Below are positions 17,303 to 25,623 of a DNA stretch of 29,364 nt, piece by piece. A program made the translations under genes and the position numbers. The notes beneath the pieces are model-generated. The model did not search any database. It was given only the letters and a program-made list of their open reading frames with translations, and was not told where the DNA came from. Source of the stretch: a virus (lineage: Duplodnaviria; Caudoviricetes); the IMG/VR virus record IMGVR_UViG_3300009435_000037, positions 1-29,364 of that record. One strand, given 5' to 3'. Position 1 is the stretch's first letter; every line of letters begins with the position of its first letter.

Positions 17303-18324
17303 TTGCAGATATAGTAGTAGGTTTGTCTTATGGTGATGAAGGCAAAGGAAAAGTAACACATCACCTTTTAAGGTCTGGCAAGTATACACATTGTATTCGC
17401 TATAATGGCGGATGTAATGCTGGTCATACCATATACCACGAAGGCACCAAGTTTGTAACACATCACATTCCAGCCGGTGTGTTCTTTGGAATAAGGTCTA
17501 TCATTGGTAATGGATGCGTTGTAAATATTGATCAGTTTAATCGAGAGCTTCAAATGCTTCAAGAAGGCGGCATCAATACAGATGGTTTGATTTTTATCGC
17601 GAATAACGCTCATATCATTACTGATGCTCACTTGGAAGAAGATCGCAAAGACACAACGATCGGCACAACAAAGCAAGGCAATGGTCCAGCATACCGCGAT
17701 AAGTATGATCGTCAAGGAACATTGGCGTCAGAGGCGCTAGTTGATACACCTTATCTTATAGATTTGTATCGGGAACTTCACGAAACAGATGAAGAAGTTG
17801 TAGTCCTCTGTGAGGGCGCACAAGGCTTTGGATTGGATATTGATTGGGGAGACTACCCTTATGTAACTTCAAGCCACTGTACGTCCGCTGGTGCCCTTCT
17901 AAACGGCATCCCTCCGCAAGCTGTCCGTAAGGTTTATGGAGTAACCAAGGCTTACGATACTTATGTTGGTGCTAAGGAGTTTCACGGCGAAGGAAGAATC
18001 TTTGATTTATTACAGCAGTTAGGAAATGAGTATGGTGCGACCACTGGTCGCCCTCGCCAATGTAACTGGCTTAATGTTCGGGATCTTAAAAAGGCAATAG
18101 ATATCAATGGAGTCACCGACCTTATCCTTAATAAGGTAGATATTCTACGAGAAGCAGGAGAATGGAGCTTGCGTTCGTCGGACAACGATGCTATTATGCT
18201 TAAGCTTGGAAGCGAAGAGAACTGGAAGAGTTACATTAACGGTTATATTAATAATGAAGCGTCCTTGACATTCGGGGACACCCGAGTTAACATTACATTC
18301 TCGGAATCACCAGAAAGAATTTAA
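17299..18324 (+). CDS. purA: Adenylosuccinate synthetase (short form)
   Basis: GDEGKGK, GGCNAGHT, IGTTKQGNGPAY, EGAQG, YPYVTSS, EYGATTGRPR, NKVD. Confidence 0.93.
   Translation: MIADIVVGLSYGDEGKGKVTHHLLRSGKYTHCIRYNGGCNAGHTIYHEGTKFVTHHIPAGVFFGIRSIIGNGCVVNIDQFNRELQMLQEGGINTDGLIFIANNAHIITDAHLEEDRKDTTIGTTKQGNGPAYRDKYDRQGTLASEALVDTPYLIDLYRELHETDEEVVVLCEGAQGFGLDIDWGDYPYVTSSHCTSAGALLNGIPPQAVRKVYGVTKAYDTYVGAKEFHGEGRIFDLLQQLGNEYGATTGRPRQCNWLNVRDLKKAIDINGVTDLILNKVDILREAGEWSLRSSDNDAIMLKLGSEENWKSYINGYINNEASLTFGDTRVNITFSESPERI
18265..18293 (+). promoter_or_regulatory. Sigma70-type promoter inside the purA 3' end
   Basis: TTGACA (18265-18270), 17 nt, TAACAT (18288-18293). Confidence 0.55.
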
Positions 18325-18795
18325 ATGAACAAATCAACACAAAAGACAATGTTTTCGTCAAAGAACGATAGTTGGTCAACCCCACAAAGTTTCTTTAACA
18401 AACTAAACAAAGAATACAACTTTACACTTGACCCTTGCGCAACAGACACAAGTCATAAATGCAGCAAGTATTACACTGAAAAGCAAGACGGACTTTCCAA
18501 GAGTTGGGCTGGCGAGACTGTGTTTATGAACCCTCCTTATGGTAGGGTCATCAAGCATTGGTTAAAGAAAGCCTACGAGGAAAGCAGGGACGCGAATACA
18601 ACTGTTGTATGTCTTATTCCAGCGAGAACAGATACAAAGTACTGGCACGAATACTGTATGAAAGCAGAGAAGATTCTCTTTGTGAAGGGTCGTCTTAAGT
18701 TTGGCGGCTCTACTAACTCTGCTCCGTTCCCTTCTTGCGTGGTAGTCTTTGATTCAAACAATAAGACACCAGCAATGGATTACCTAACCCCCTAA
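18325..18795 (+). CDS. Phage-type DNA N6-adenine methyltransferase (small Dam-like family)
   Basis: WSTPQSFF, FTLDPCA, VFMNPPYG, LIPARTDTKYWH, GRLKFG, APFPS. Confidence 0.9.
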   Translation: MNKSTQKTMFSSKNDSWSTPQSFFNKLNKEYNFTLDPCATDTSHKCSKYYTEKQDGLSKSWAGETVFMNPPYGRVIKHWLKKAYEESRDANTTVVCLIPARTDTKYWHEYCMKAEKILFVKGRLKFGGSTNSAPFPSCVVVFDSNNKTPAMDYLTP

Positions 18796-18810
18796 ACAAA
18801 AGGATTTAAA

Positions 18811-19275
18811 ATGATTTTACAATACCATATGATTCACGATAATGTTTTCGCTCCAACGCGATCCAATCCAAGCGATGCTGGACTAGATTTAAGATGGAGC
18901 CCAGCAGACACTTCTTTAACAGCGCTGCGTATTGAGCCAGGAGAGAGTTGTATTATTCCAACTGGCTGTCGCTTTGCTATTCCACATGGTTATATGATGG
19001 AGATTAAGAACCGTTCTAGTATGGCCGCAAAGTATAGTTTGATTGTCGGCGCTTGTGTTGTCGATAGTGGGTATGACGGAGAAGTATTCGTCAACCTTCA
19101 CAACATTGGAAAGACATCCGCAGTCTTGGAGCCAGGACACAAGGTAGCACAAGCAGTGATTGTTCCGGTTGTTCACGCTCGCTTTGTCGCCAGCGAGACA
19201 CCAGACATTTATGACTGGCATCCAATCACGATTAGTAACCGCGCTGACGGCGCACTAGGGAGCACAGGAAAGTGA
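18811..19275 (+). CDS. dut: Trimeric dUTPase
   Basis: DAGLDL, RSS, VVDSGYDGEV, AQ, RADGALGSTG (motifs I-V). Confidence 0.93.
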   Translation: MILQYHMIHDNVFAPTRSNPSDAGLDLRWSPADTSLTALRIEPGESCIIPTGCRFAIPHGYMMEIKNRSSMAAKYSLIVGACVVDSGYDGEVFVNLHNIGKTSAVLEPGHKVAQAVIVPVVHARFVASETPDIYDWHPITISNRADGALGSTGK

Positions 19276-19835
19276 CGAACACTCTACCAAAGCCTATGGC
19301 TAGAAGCTTGTATCTACCAGAACAAGTAAATCAAGAGTCAATGAATAAGTTGACGAAGAGCATTATTGGAATCAATGAGAGCGATGAATACTTAAAGAAG
19401 TTATATGCGATCAATGATATAATCTACGATCCTAAGCCGATTAAGTTGTATATTGATTCTTATGGTGGCGCTGTGTATCAGTGCTTCGGGTTGCTTGGAG
19501 TTATGGCGAAGTCTGAAACTCCTATCCACACTATTGTAACTGGTGCCGCTATGTCTTGCGGGTTTATGATTCTAATCTCGGGACATAAGCGCTTTGGATA
19601 TGAGTTGTCCACGCCGCTTTACCATCAGGTTTCAACTGGGTTCCGGGGCAATGTTCAGGATATGGAAGAAAGCCTGGAAGAAACAAAGAGACTACAAAAG
19701 AAGATCGAGAAGATTACACTCGAACGAACCAGTATTAGTAAGAAGAAGCTTAAAAGCATTCTTAAGAATAAGGTTGACTGGCATATGACAGCAAACGAAG
19801 CGCTCGCCTTGGGCGTTATTGATGAGATCATTTAA
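19272..19835 (+). CDS. clpP: ClpP-family serine protease (paralogue 1)
   Basis: YIDSYGG, GAAMSCG (Ser), YHQ (His), DWHMTANEALALGVIDEII (Asp); GTG start overlapping the dut stop. Confidence 0.88.
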   Translation: MTNTLPKPMARSLYLPEQVNQESMNKLTKSIIGINESDEYLKKLYAINDIIYDPKPIKLYIDSYGGAVYQCFGLLGVMAKSETPIHTIVTGAAMSCGFMILISGHKRFGYELSTPLYHQVSTGFRGNVQDMEESLEETKRLQKKIEKITLERTSISKKKLKSILKNKVDWHMTANEALALGVIDEII

Positions 19836-20584
19836 TGAGTTACAGTAAGTCTGTTGAGTTATACGGCGACGGTATTGGAAAGGTAGAATATGTTTCACAT
19901 ATGGGATCTGACCTTACCGTTGTAAACTCGGCAAGAGTTTCCTTTGGGGTTGAGAAGGAACAGTTGGATGATAAAGATAAGAAGTTAATCAACTATCTAA
20001 TCAAGCACCGACACACTTCAACCTTGGAGCATAACCTTGTTACATTCCGCTTTTGTGTTCCTTTATATATTCGTAGTCAGCATCACCGCCATAGAACTTG
20101 GTCTTATAATGAGATATCCAGGCGGTATACTGATGTGGATCTCCGATTCTATGAGCCAAAGGCTTTTAGAACACAGCACAAGTCTAACCGGCAAGCATCA
20201 AACGCCGAAGAGTTGATTAATCCCGAGATCACGACTTCCGTTTTTAATGAAGACGGAAGTAAGTGGGAAGGCTTTTTTATAGACCAAGAAGTCAAAAGCA
20301 CAAATCTTGTAAAAGACCACCACAAACAAAGCCTTGAACTGTTTAACCAACTCATCGAAGCAGGAGTTTGTCGAGAACAAGCCCGTGGAGTTCTACCACA
20401 GAACCTTTACACCGAATACTACGGCACAGTCAATCTATCAAACCTCTTGAAGTTCATTGACCTTCGCACACACGAAGGGGCACAATGGGAGATTGTAAAA
20501 GTCGCTGCAGCCTGTCTAGAAATCGCCACCGACCTGTTTCCAGAAACTGTGGGTGCTTATCGTAGGATTAGGAACGAAGAATGA
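19835..20584 (+). CDS. thyX: Flavin-dependent thymidylate synthase
   Basis: NSARVS, HTSTLEH, RHRTWSYNEISRRY (RHRx7SxR), REQARGVLP, LRTHEGAQWEI. Confidence 0.95.
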   Translation: MSYSKSVELYGDGIGKVEYVSHMGSDLTVVNSARVSFGVEKEQLDDKDKKLINYLIKHRHTSTLEHNLVTFRFCVPLYIRSQHHRHRTWSYNEISRRYTDVDLRFYEPKAFRTQHKSNRQASNAEELINPEITTSVFNEDGSKWEGFFIDQEVKSTNLVKDHHKQSLELFNQLIEAGVCREQARGVLPQNLYTEYYGTVNLSNLLKFIDLRTHEGAQWEIVKVAAACLEIATDLFPETVGAYRRIRNEE

Positions 20585-20850
20585 ACAAAGACCTACAACA
20601 AGACATAGGGATTGCTGTCGCCGCTTTTACGGAGAATCAGAAGAGATTTATCGCGACTGGTGATCACAAATACTTTGAGTATTGGCTTAGTGCCGAAACA
20701 GAACTATTGGCAACTTTACAAGATGTGTTTGTGAGACACAAAAATAAGCACACTTTTAAAGAAATGATATTCTTTTCTCTCGTGATAGGCAGCGCCGTCA
20801 AAGGCACAATAGAAGACCTACACAGGTTTGTTAAGGAGAACGAAGAATGA
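20581..20850 (+). CDS. Hypothetical protein ending IEDLHRFVKENEE
   Basis: 89-aa ORF with ATGA overlaps at both ends. Confidence 0.65.
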   Translation: MNKDLQQDIGIAVAAFTENQKRFIATGDHKYFEYWLSAETELLATLQDVFVRHKNKHTFKEMIFFSLVIGSAVKGTIEDLHRFVKENEE

Positions 20851-21146
20851 GTTCCAGCATCGAAATCAAAACGGACGGATGCAAGTCTCTTTACCTTGAC
20901 ATAAAGACCACAGGCGTAGAGTTTGAGGTGGAACCCGGTTATCCAGAAGCGGAACTCATTACGATGTGGTTTGATCTGAAAGATAAGGAAGATCGAAAGG
21001 CAATCAAGAATCTTATTTCACATCTCCAACATCAGTTGCAGGTTCATGAATCACCCCCTTATTCTACTTGTCCTTCTTGTTCTTGGCTAAAAAGAGAACG
21101 AGGCATAGAAGACCTACACAGGTTTGTTAAGGAGAACGAAGAATGA
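20809..21146 (+). repeat. Perfect 42-bp direct repeat (20809-20850 and 21105-21146)
   Basis: ATAGAAGACCTACACAGGTTTGTTAAGGAGAACGAAGAATGA occurs twice; shorter 3' copies at 21281-21299 (19 bp) and 20572-20584 (13 bp). Confidence 0.95.
20847..21146 (+). CDS. Hypothetical protein ending IEDLHRFVKENEE
   Basis: 99-aa ORF with AAGGAG RBS, a CPSC motif and ATGA overlaps. Confidence 0.7.
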   Translation: MSSSIEIKTDGCKSLYLDIKTTGVEFEVEPGYPEAELITMWFDLKDKEDRKAIKNLISHLQHQLQVHESPPYSTCPSCSWLKRERGIEDLHRFVKENEE

Positions 21147-21283
21147 AAATGCCACCAAGAATGCCTAAGCTCAACAAAGAACAAAAAGCATATCAGACTG
21201 CCAGAGATTGGTGGTATGTGTTTGCTGGCTTTATTATCGGAGGCATCCCAGCTTTTATTCTGGGATTTGAGTTGGCGAAATAA
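21143..21283 (+). CDS. Small single-TM protein (46 aa, not in ORF track)
   Basis: Manual translation MKMPPRMPKLNKEQKAYQTARDWWYVFAGFIIGGIPAFILGFELAK*; AAGGAG RBS supplied by the repeat. Confidence 0.7.
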   Translation: MKMPPRMPKLNKEQKAYQTARDWWYVFAGFIIGGIPAFILGFELAK

Positions 21284-21295
21284 GGAGAACGAAGA

Positions 21296-21535
21296 ATGAG
21301 TGAAAAAGTAAATCACCCCTCACACTATCAAAGTGGCGAGGTTGAAGAAGATGGAACATCAAAATACGAAGCAATCAAAGTTATTGAAGCCTGGGATCTA
21401 AACTTTCATCTTGGTAATGTCGTCAAATACATTTCCAGAGCAGGCAAGAAATCAGAAAACAACATTGAAGATTTAAAGAAAGCAGAATGGTATTTGAATC
21501 GTTATGTCGAGTTCATACAAAGAAAAAGTAGTTGA
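21296..21535 (+). CDS. DUF3310-family phage protein
   Basis: VNHPSHY, NFHLGNVVKYISRAGKK, EDLKKAEWYL. Confidence 0.88.
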   Translation: MSEKVNHPSHYQSGEVEEDGTSKYEAIKVIEAWDLNFHLGNVVKYISRAGKKSENNIEDLKKAEWYLNRYVEFIQRKSS

Positions 21536-22061
21536 TTACATCAATGATGTTCTGGATCAAAAAAGACCAGAGTTTAATAATATCGCAACGTGCCCTTTTG
21601 CTGCGCCAGAGTTAGCGAACGATAAGTTAATGATCGCAATGTTGGGTGAGGATGATAAAGGATTAAAGGATCTACTAGAAGAATTCCAGCAATCTGATTA
21701 TGATAGCACTCTTATTTGTTTTCCTCACGATATGGATGCTGATGGAACCAAAGTTATACAAGCGCTTGTTAATAAGATCTTAAAAAGACTTGGAATGAAC
21801 GAATACAAAACAATCTGCTTTAATCCAAATGATAAGGTAGAAGTAGAAGGATTCAATCCAAGATCCAAAGCACCTTGTTTTATGATCAATGTCGCACACA
21901 AAAAAGTGTTAAATGATGCGCACAAGTCCTTGCGCAAAACAAAATACTATGATAAGATAAACAAAGAATACAGAGAGTTTTTGAAGATCAATGAAGAAAA
22001 TAAGACGCCACATCCCGGGAAAGCAAAAGAAGAACAGGAAAGCAGTTCAGGAAAGACTTGA
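21504..22061 (+). CDS. Hypothetical protein with CPFA motif
   Basis: 185-aa ORF overlapping both neighbours; function not recognised. Confidence 0.7.
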   Translation: MSSSYKEKVVDYINDVLDQKRPEFNNIATCPFAAPELANDKLMIAMLGEDDKGLKDLLEEFQQSDYDSTLICFPHDMDADGTKVIQALVNKILKRLGMNEYKTICFNPNDKVEVEGFNPRSKAPCFMINVAHKKVLNDAHKSLRKTKYYDKINKEYREFLKINEENKTPHPGKAKEEQESSSGKT

Positions 22062-22239
22062 AAAGCAAGCAGCCAACTTTGGTAAGCACCCAAAGGAATG
22101 TTGCGTTTGTTCAACTCCTTTTGAGAGAACCAAAGAAACAGTTAAAACTTGGCAAGTTGTAATAAAAAGCGAGAGAGTTCGCTTGACTTGTCCAGATTGT
22201 TGGACTACAATACAGGAAGCAATGGAGAACGCAAAATGA
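21991..22239 (+). CDS. Small basic Zn-finger-like protein
   Basis: CCVC...CPDC cysteine pairs; ATGA overlap with the next gene. Confidence 0.7.
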   Translation: MKKIRRHIPGKQKKNRKAVQERLEKQAANFGKHPKECCVCSTPFERTKETVKTWQVVIKSERVRLTCPDCWTTIQEAMENAK

Positions 22240-23249
22240 AAGAAGCCTTAACCTATTCGGACGTATTAATCACGCCCCAGTTTTCAGATATTGAATCAAG
22301 AAAAGAAGTATCATTATCATCAAAGTTAGGATTTATCGAGTGTGAACTGCCGATCATAGCATCCCCGATGGACACAGTGTCGGAAGAGCAAATGGCGACA
22401 GCAATGGATTCCAAAGGTGCCCTTGCTATACTACACAGATATAACAGTATTGAAGAACAAGCAAGTATGGTTACTGCTGTTCGAAAAGAAAGTTCATTAG
22501 TAGGCGCAGCAGTTGGAACATCAGGGGATTACCTTGAAAGAGCCTATGCGTGCTATGAAGCAGGCGCCGATGTAATATGTGTTGATGTTGCTCACGGTCA
22601 TCATATTCTTATGAAGGCTGCGTTAAGACAGTTAAGGCAGATGGTAGGTGATGATGTTCACATAATGGCTGGGAACATAGCAACCTTAGGCGGATACAAC
22701 GATCTTTGTGATTGGGGTGCGGATTCTGTTAGATGTAATATAGGTGGAGGCTCAATCTGCTCAACACGCATTCAAACCGGACACGGTGTTCCGGGTCTTC
22801 AAACAATATTTGATTGCGCCAAATCAAAGAACGCTGGATCGATTCCTATTATCGCTGATGGAGGCATTCGCAACTCGGGTGATATTGTAAAGGCTCTTGC
22901 TGCTGGCGCTGACTTTGTAATGTTGGGCTCTTTATTGGCTGGAACAACGGAATCCCCGGGCGACATTATGATTGGTCGGGATGGAAACAAACACAAGGCT
23001 TACAGAGGTATGGCTTCAAAGGACGCTCAAATGTCTTGGAGAGGCAAGACAGCATCTTTGGAAGGAATCGCCACAACGATCCCATATAAGGGGTCAGTAA
23101 TAAACATTCTGGACGATCTAGAAAGAGGAATCCGTTCAGGTTTATCATACTCCGGCGCACGAACCATTGATGAACTACAAGCAAAAGCACACTTCATCCG
23201 GCAAACAGCAAGTGGGCAAACCGAAAGTGGAACCCATATTTTAAGATGA
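22236..23249 (+). CDS. guaB: IMP dehydrogenase / GMP reductase family protein lacking CBS domains
   Basis: Likely start 22236 (GGAG RBS): LTYSDVLI, ASPMDTV, DVAHGH, AGNI, GGGSICSTR (catalytic Cys), IADGGI, MLGSLLAG, YRGMAS. GuaB versus GuaC not resolved. Confidence 0.85.
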   Translation: MKEALTYSDVLITPQFSDIESRKEVSLSSKLGFIECELPIIASPMDTVSEEQMATAMDSKGALAILHRYNSIEEQASMVTAVRKESSLVGAAVGTSGDYLERAYACYEAGADVICVDVAHGHHILMKAALRQLRQMVGDDVHIMAGNIATLGGYNDLCDWGADSVRCNIGGGSICSTRIQTGHGVPGLQTIFDCAKSKNAGSIPIIADGGIRNSGDIVKALAAGADFVMLGSLLAGTTESPGDIMIGRDGNKHKAYRGMASKDAQMSWRGKTASLEGIATTIPYKGSVINILDDLERGIRSGLSYSGARTIDELQAKAHFIRQTASGQTESGTHILR

Positions 23250-23578
23250 AAAAGTTTCCTGACCATCATTCAGTTTTATCATTCTCGATCGATTCAAAAC
23301 TTCACGAGAACTTAAAGATAAGATTGTTTTATGACGAGATTAAAACACAAAGCGAGTTCTTTCGTTATTGCGTGGAATCTTATTTAAGTCAGGATCCACT
23401 ATTCATAGCTTTCTTAGACGATTACAGAATCAATAAAAAAGTTCAATCTAAAAGAAAAGTTACGAAATCTCGCCAGTTGCGCGAGAGTAGCGAGAAAGTA
23501 TTACAAGAACTCGCATTAACCAAAGAAGATATAGAAAATATCTTTGATATACTAGAAGAGGATTTACCAGAACTATGA
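23246..23578 (+). CDS. Hypothetical protein, possible ribbon-helix-helix-like N-terminus
   Basis: SVLSFSIDSKLHENLK...TQSEFFRYCVESYL strand-helix-helix pattern (weak). Confidence 0.65.
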   Translation: MKKFPDHHSVLSFSIDSKLHENLKIRLFYDEIKTQSEFFRYCVESYLSQDPLFIAFLDDYRINKKVQSKRKVTKSRQLRESSEKVLQELALTKEDIENIFDILEEDLPEL

Positions 23579-23817
23579 AAGACTGCGCTATAAAATGTTA
23601 TACACACGATGTACCCTGTGCTCAAAAGGAATGTAGGTTACACTTAGACTATGAGGATGACTTAAACTGTACTGATATTGCTGTTTATAAGCACGGCGAG
23701 ATGACGCTAGAACAAATAGGAATAAGGCACGGTGTAAGCATCGTCAGGGCAAAGCAACTTGTTGATGGCGCTCTGTTGAAATTAAAAAAGACATTATCAA
23801 ATGAAAATACTATTTAA
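23575..23817 (+). CDS. Small Cys-rich protein with sigma70 region-4-like HTH
   Basis: MTLEQIGIRHGVSIVRAKQLVDGALLKLK resembles the region 4.2 consensus TLEEIG..fgVSrERvRQIe.kAL.KL; five Cys in the N-terminal half. Confidence 0.7.
   Translation: MKDCAIKCYTHDVPCAQKECRLHLDYEDDLNCTDIAVYKHGEMTLEQIGIRHGVSIVRAKQLVDGALLKLKKTLSNENTI
23810..23816 (+). promoter_or_regulatory. Candidate late-promoter motif CTATTTA
   Basis: TACTATTTAAAAC, 40 nt upstream of the acidic gene at 23857. Confidence 0.4.
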
Positions 23818-23856
23818 AACAGCATATTCACGAACAATGTTAGGAGTTTTGTAAAA

Positions 23857-24468
23857 ATGTCTAAGAAATCACTTTTGAACGAGTCACAGGTTCGCCAGTT
23901 CATGAAGCTAGCGAAGCTTGAGCCACTATCCCCAGGCTTTGTTGAGGGACTTAAAGAAGGCGCAGGCCGTATGAGCATGCGCGATGAAGACGAACTAGAA
24001 GAAGTTCGATCTGATGCCGCAGGTGGCGGTTTAGAGGATGCCCGAAGAGGTCACGGCAGAGGCCGAGGACCAACCGATCGTCTTGAAGAAGAAGAGGATA
24101 TGGAGATGGACGTTGACGCAGCCGAAATGGAAGACGCTGCTGGAGACGACGAAGAGATAGAGATGGATGCTGAACTAGAAGCACCAGTTGACGCCGATGT
24201 AGGTGGAAAGATGGTTGCTGTTGATGATTTCCTCTCCGCGCTAGAAACTGCTTTGGAGTCCGCAATGGGCGAAGAAGTTGAGATTGATGCTGATGCTGAT
24301 GACGCTGACTTGGATGACGAGCCAGCAGAAATTGAAGCCCCAGTTGATGATGCCCCGGCAGATGTTGAGGTTGATGATGAGATGGGAGCAGATGACGCGC
24401 TTATGGAAGCAGTCACGAAGCGAGTAGCAAAGAGAATCCTTATGGAGGCACTTTCTACAAAGAAGTAG
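23857..24468 (+). CDS. Highly acidic protein, candidate prohead core/scaffold-like
   Basis: D/E-rich low-complexity 203-aa ORF with many L-x-E sites (LNE, LKE, LEE, LME); AGGAG RBS. Confidence 0.6.
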   Translation: MSKKSLLNESQVRQFMKLAKLEPLSPGFVEGLKEGAGRMSMRDEDELEEVRSDAAGGGLEDARRGHGRGRGPTDRLEEEEDMEMDVDAAEMEDAAGDDEEIEMDAELEAPVDADVGGKMVAVDDFLSALETALESAMGEEVEIDADADDADLDDEPAEIEAPVDDAPADVEVDDEMGADDALMEAVTKRVAKRILMEALSTKK

Positions 24469-24497
24469 TTGACAACAGAAGACTCTTAACGTATATT
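24469..24497 (+). promoter_or_regulatory. Sigma70-type promoter
   Basis: TTGACA (24469-24474), 17 nt, TATATT (24492-24497). Confidence 0.75.
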
Positions 24498-24531
24498 AAA
24501 GACCGCGATCATTCGCGGTCTTTTTTATTTT
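24498..24531 (+). terminator. Rho-independent terminator
   Basis: GACCGCGA-tcat-TCGCGGTC 8-bp stem followed by TTTTTTATTTT and preceded by AAA. Confidence 0.85.
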
Positions 24532-24540
24532 GGAGGAAAA

Positions 24541-24942
24541 ATGGAAATATCAACATATGAACTATCAGTGTTCGCAGTGCTTTCTTTCTTTGCGGGCACT
24601 TTTGCTAGCATTTATATATCTCGTCTATTTGATGTGATACACGCTTGGAGAATAGTAAATGAAGCAATATTAAGTATCTTATGGATGCTAACAAAAATAA
24701 CAGAAGATATGGCATTCCTACAAGAGTTAAAACTTAAGCAGATGAGAGAGTCTGGATTCACACCGGAACAGATTAGCAAGTTTAAAGAAGTTGACGATCA
24801 CTTCTTGACAAACTGGAAGGAGTCTGCTATAGTCTCCATAGTGAAGAGAGCCCCCCGCCACTTTAAAAGCATGATGCCGTTCTATGACTGGAACAGCGCA
24901 GTGCGGCACCTATTTAAAACCCTAAAGGGAGAAAACAACTAA
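24541..24942 (+). CDS. Hypothetical membrane protein
   Basis: GGAGG RBS; N-terminal hydrophobic segment LSVFAVLSFFAGTFASIYI. Confidence 0.75.
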   Translation: MEISTYELSVFAVLSFFAGTFASIYISRLFDVIHAWRIVNEAILSILWMLTKITEDMAFLQELKLKQMRESGFTPEQISKFKEVDDHFLTNWKESAIVSIVKRAPRHFKSMMPFYDWNSAVRHLFKTLKGENN

Positions 24943-24943
24943 G

Positions 24944-25597
24944 ATGATTATGTTTAATAACGAAAGCACAGAAACAGAGCCTGAGGAAGAGGAGGAGATC
25001 TCTGAGCGCCAAGCAGCAATGTTAATGGCTGCGGCATTAGAGCAGCAAGATAAGGCACCCAACACCATTGGTTTAGTTGGAGACTTAAACGAAGAATCAG
25101 CACAAGAGTTATACCACGGTTTATTACAGTTAAACGGCGGCAGCATCTTTCCCAACCCTAGAAAGGAAGATGAAGAGGAAGAAGACGATATACACTTTCT
25201 AATCTCAACTGCCGGAGGAACTGTCTATGATATGTTTGGCGTTGTGGATATGATGAGGATTGTAAAGGAACGTCGCGACATTTCTACATTAGGCACCGGA
25301 AAGATCTTCTCTGCTGGTGTGCCTATCTTGGCGGCAGGAACCAAAGGCAAGAGGTTTATCACTCGCAATGCTCGCATTATGATGCATCGTTGTTCAGCCG
25401 GAAATATGGGAACGACAGCCGACATTAAGGCGACACACGATGAGGTGCGACTAATGGAAGATCAAATGGTACAGATAATCGCAGAAAGCTCAGAACTATC
25501 TGTGGGTGAGATACACAACATGTTTTCAAAGAACACAGATGAATATTTCTCTGCGCAAGAAGCAATTGAAATGGGTCTTGTTGATAAAATCATCTAA
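24944..25597 (+). CDS. clpP: ClpP-family serine protease (paralogue 2, with acidic insertions)
   Basis: ISTAGG, GKIFSAG (Ser), MMHR (His), TDEYFSAQEAIEMGLVDKII (Asp). Confidence 0.85.
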   Translation: MIMFNNESTETEPEEEEEISERQAAMLMAAALEQQDKAPNTIGLVGDLNEESAQELYHGLLQLNGGSIFPNPRKEDEEEEDDIHFLISTAGGTVYDMFGVVDMMRIVKERRDISTLGTGKIFSAGVPILAAGTKGKRFITRNARIMMHRCSAGNMGTTADIKATHDEVRLMEDQMVQIIAESSELSVGEIHNMFSKNTDEYFSAQEAIEMGLVDKII

Positions 25598-25623
25598 TTA
25601 GTATTAGCAACCGAGGATATAAA

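Noticed and set aside
17299-18324. PurZ (2-aminoadenine, Z-genome pathway)
   Set aside because: The catalytic Asp (GDEGKG, not GSTGKG), the TTGRPR arginine and the NKVD GTP motif are all PurA-type, and no DatZ/MazZ-like gene was recognised nearby.
18793-18808. 16-nt match (TAAACAAAAGGATTTA) between the dut upstream region and array spacer 8544-8559
   Set aside because: It is AT-rich RBS context and dut has no leader peptide; probably a shared translation-initiation preference.
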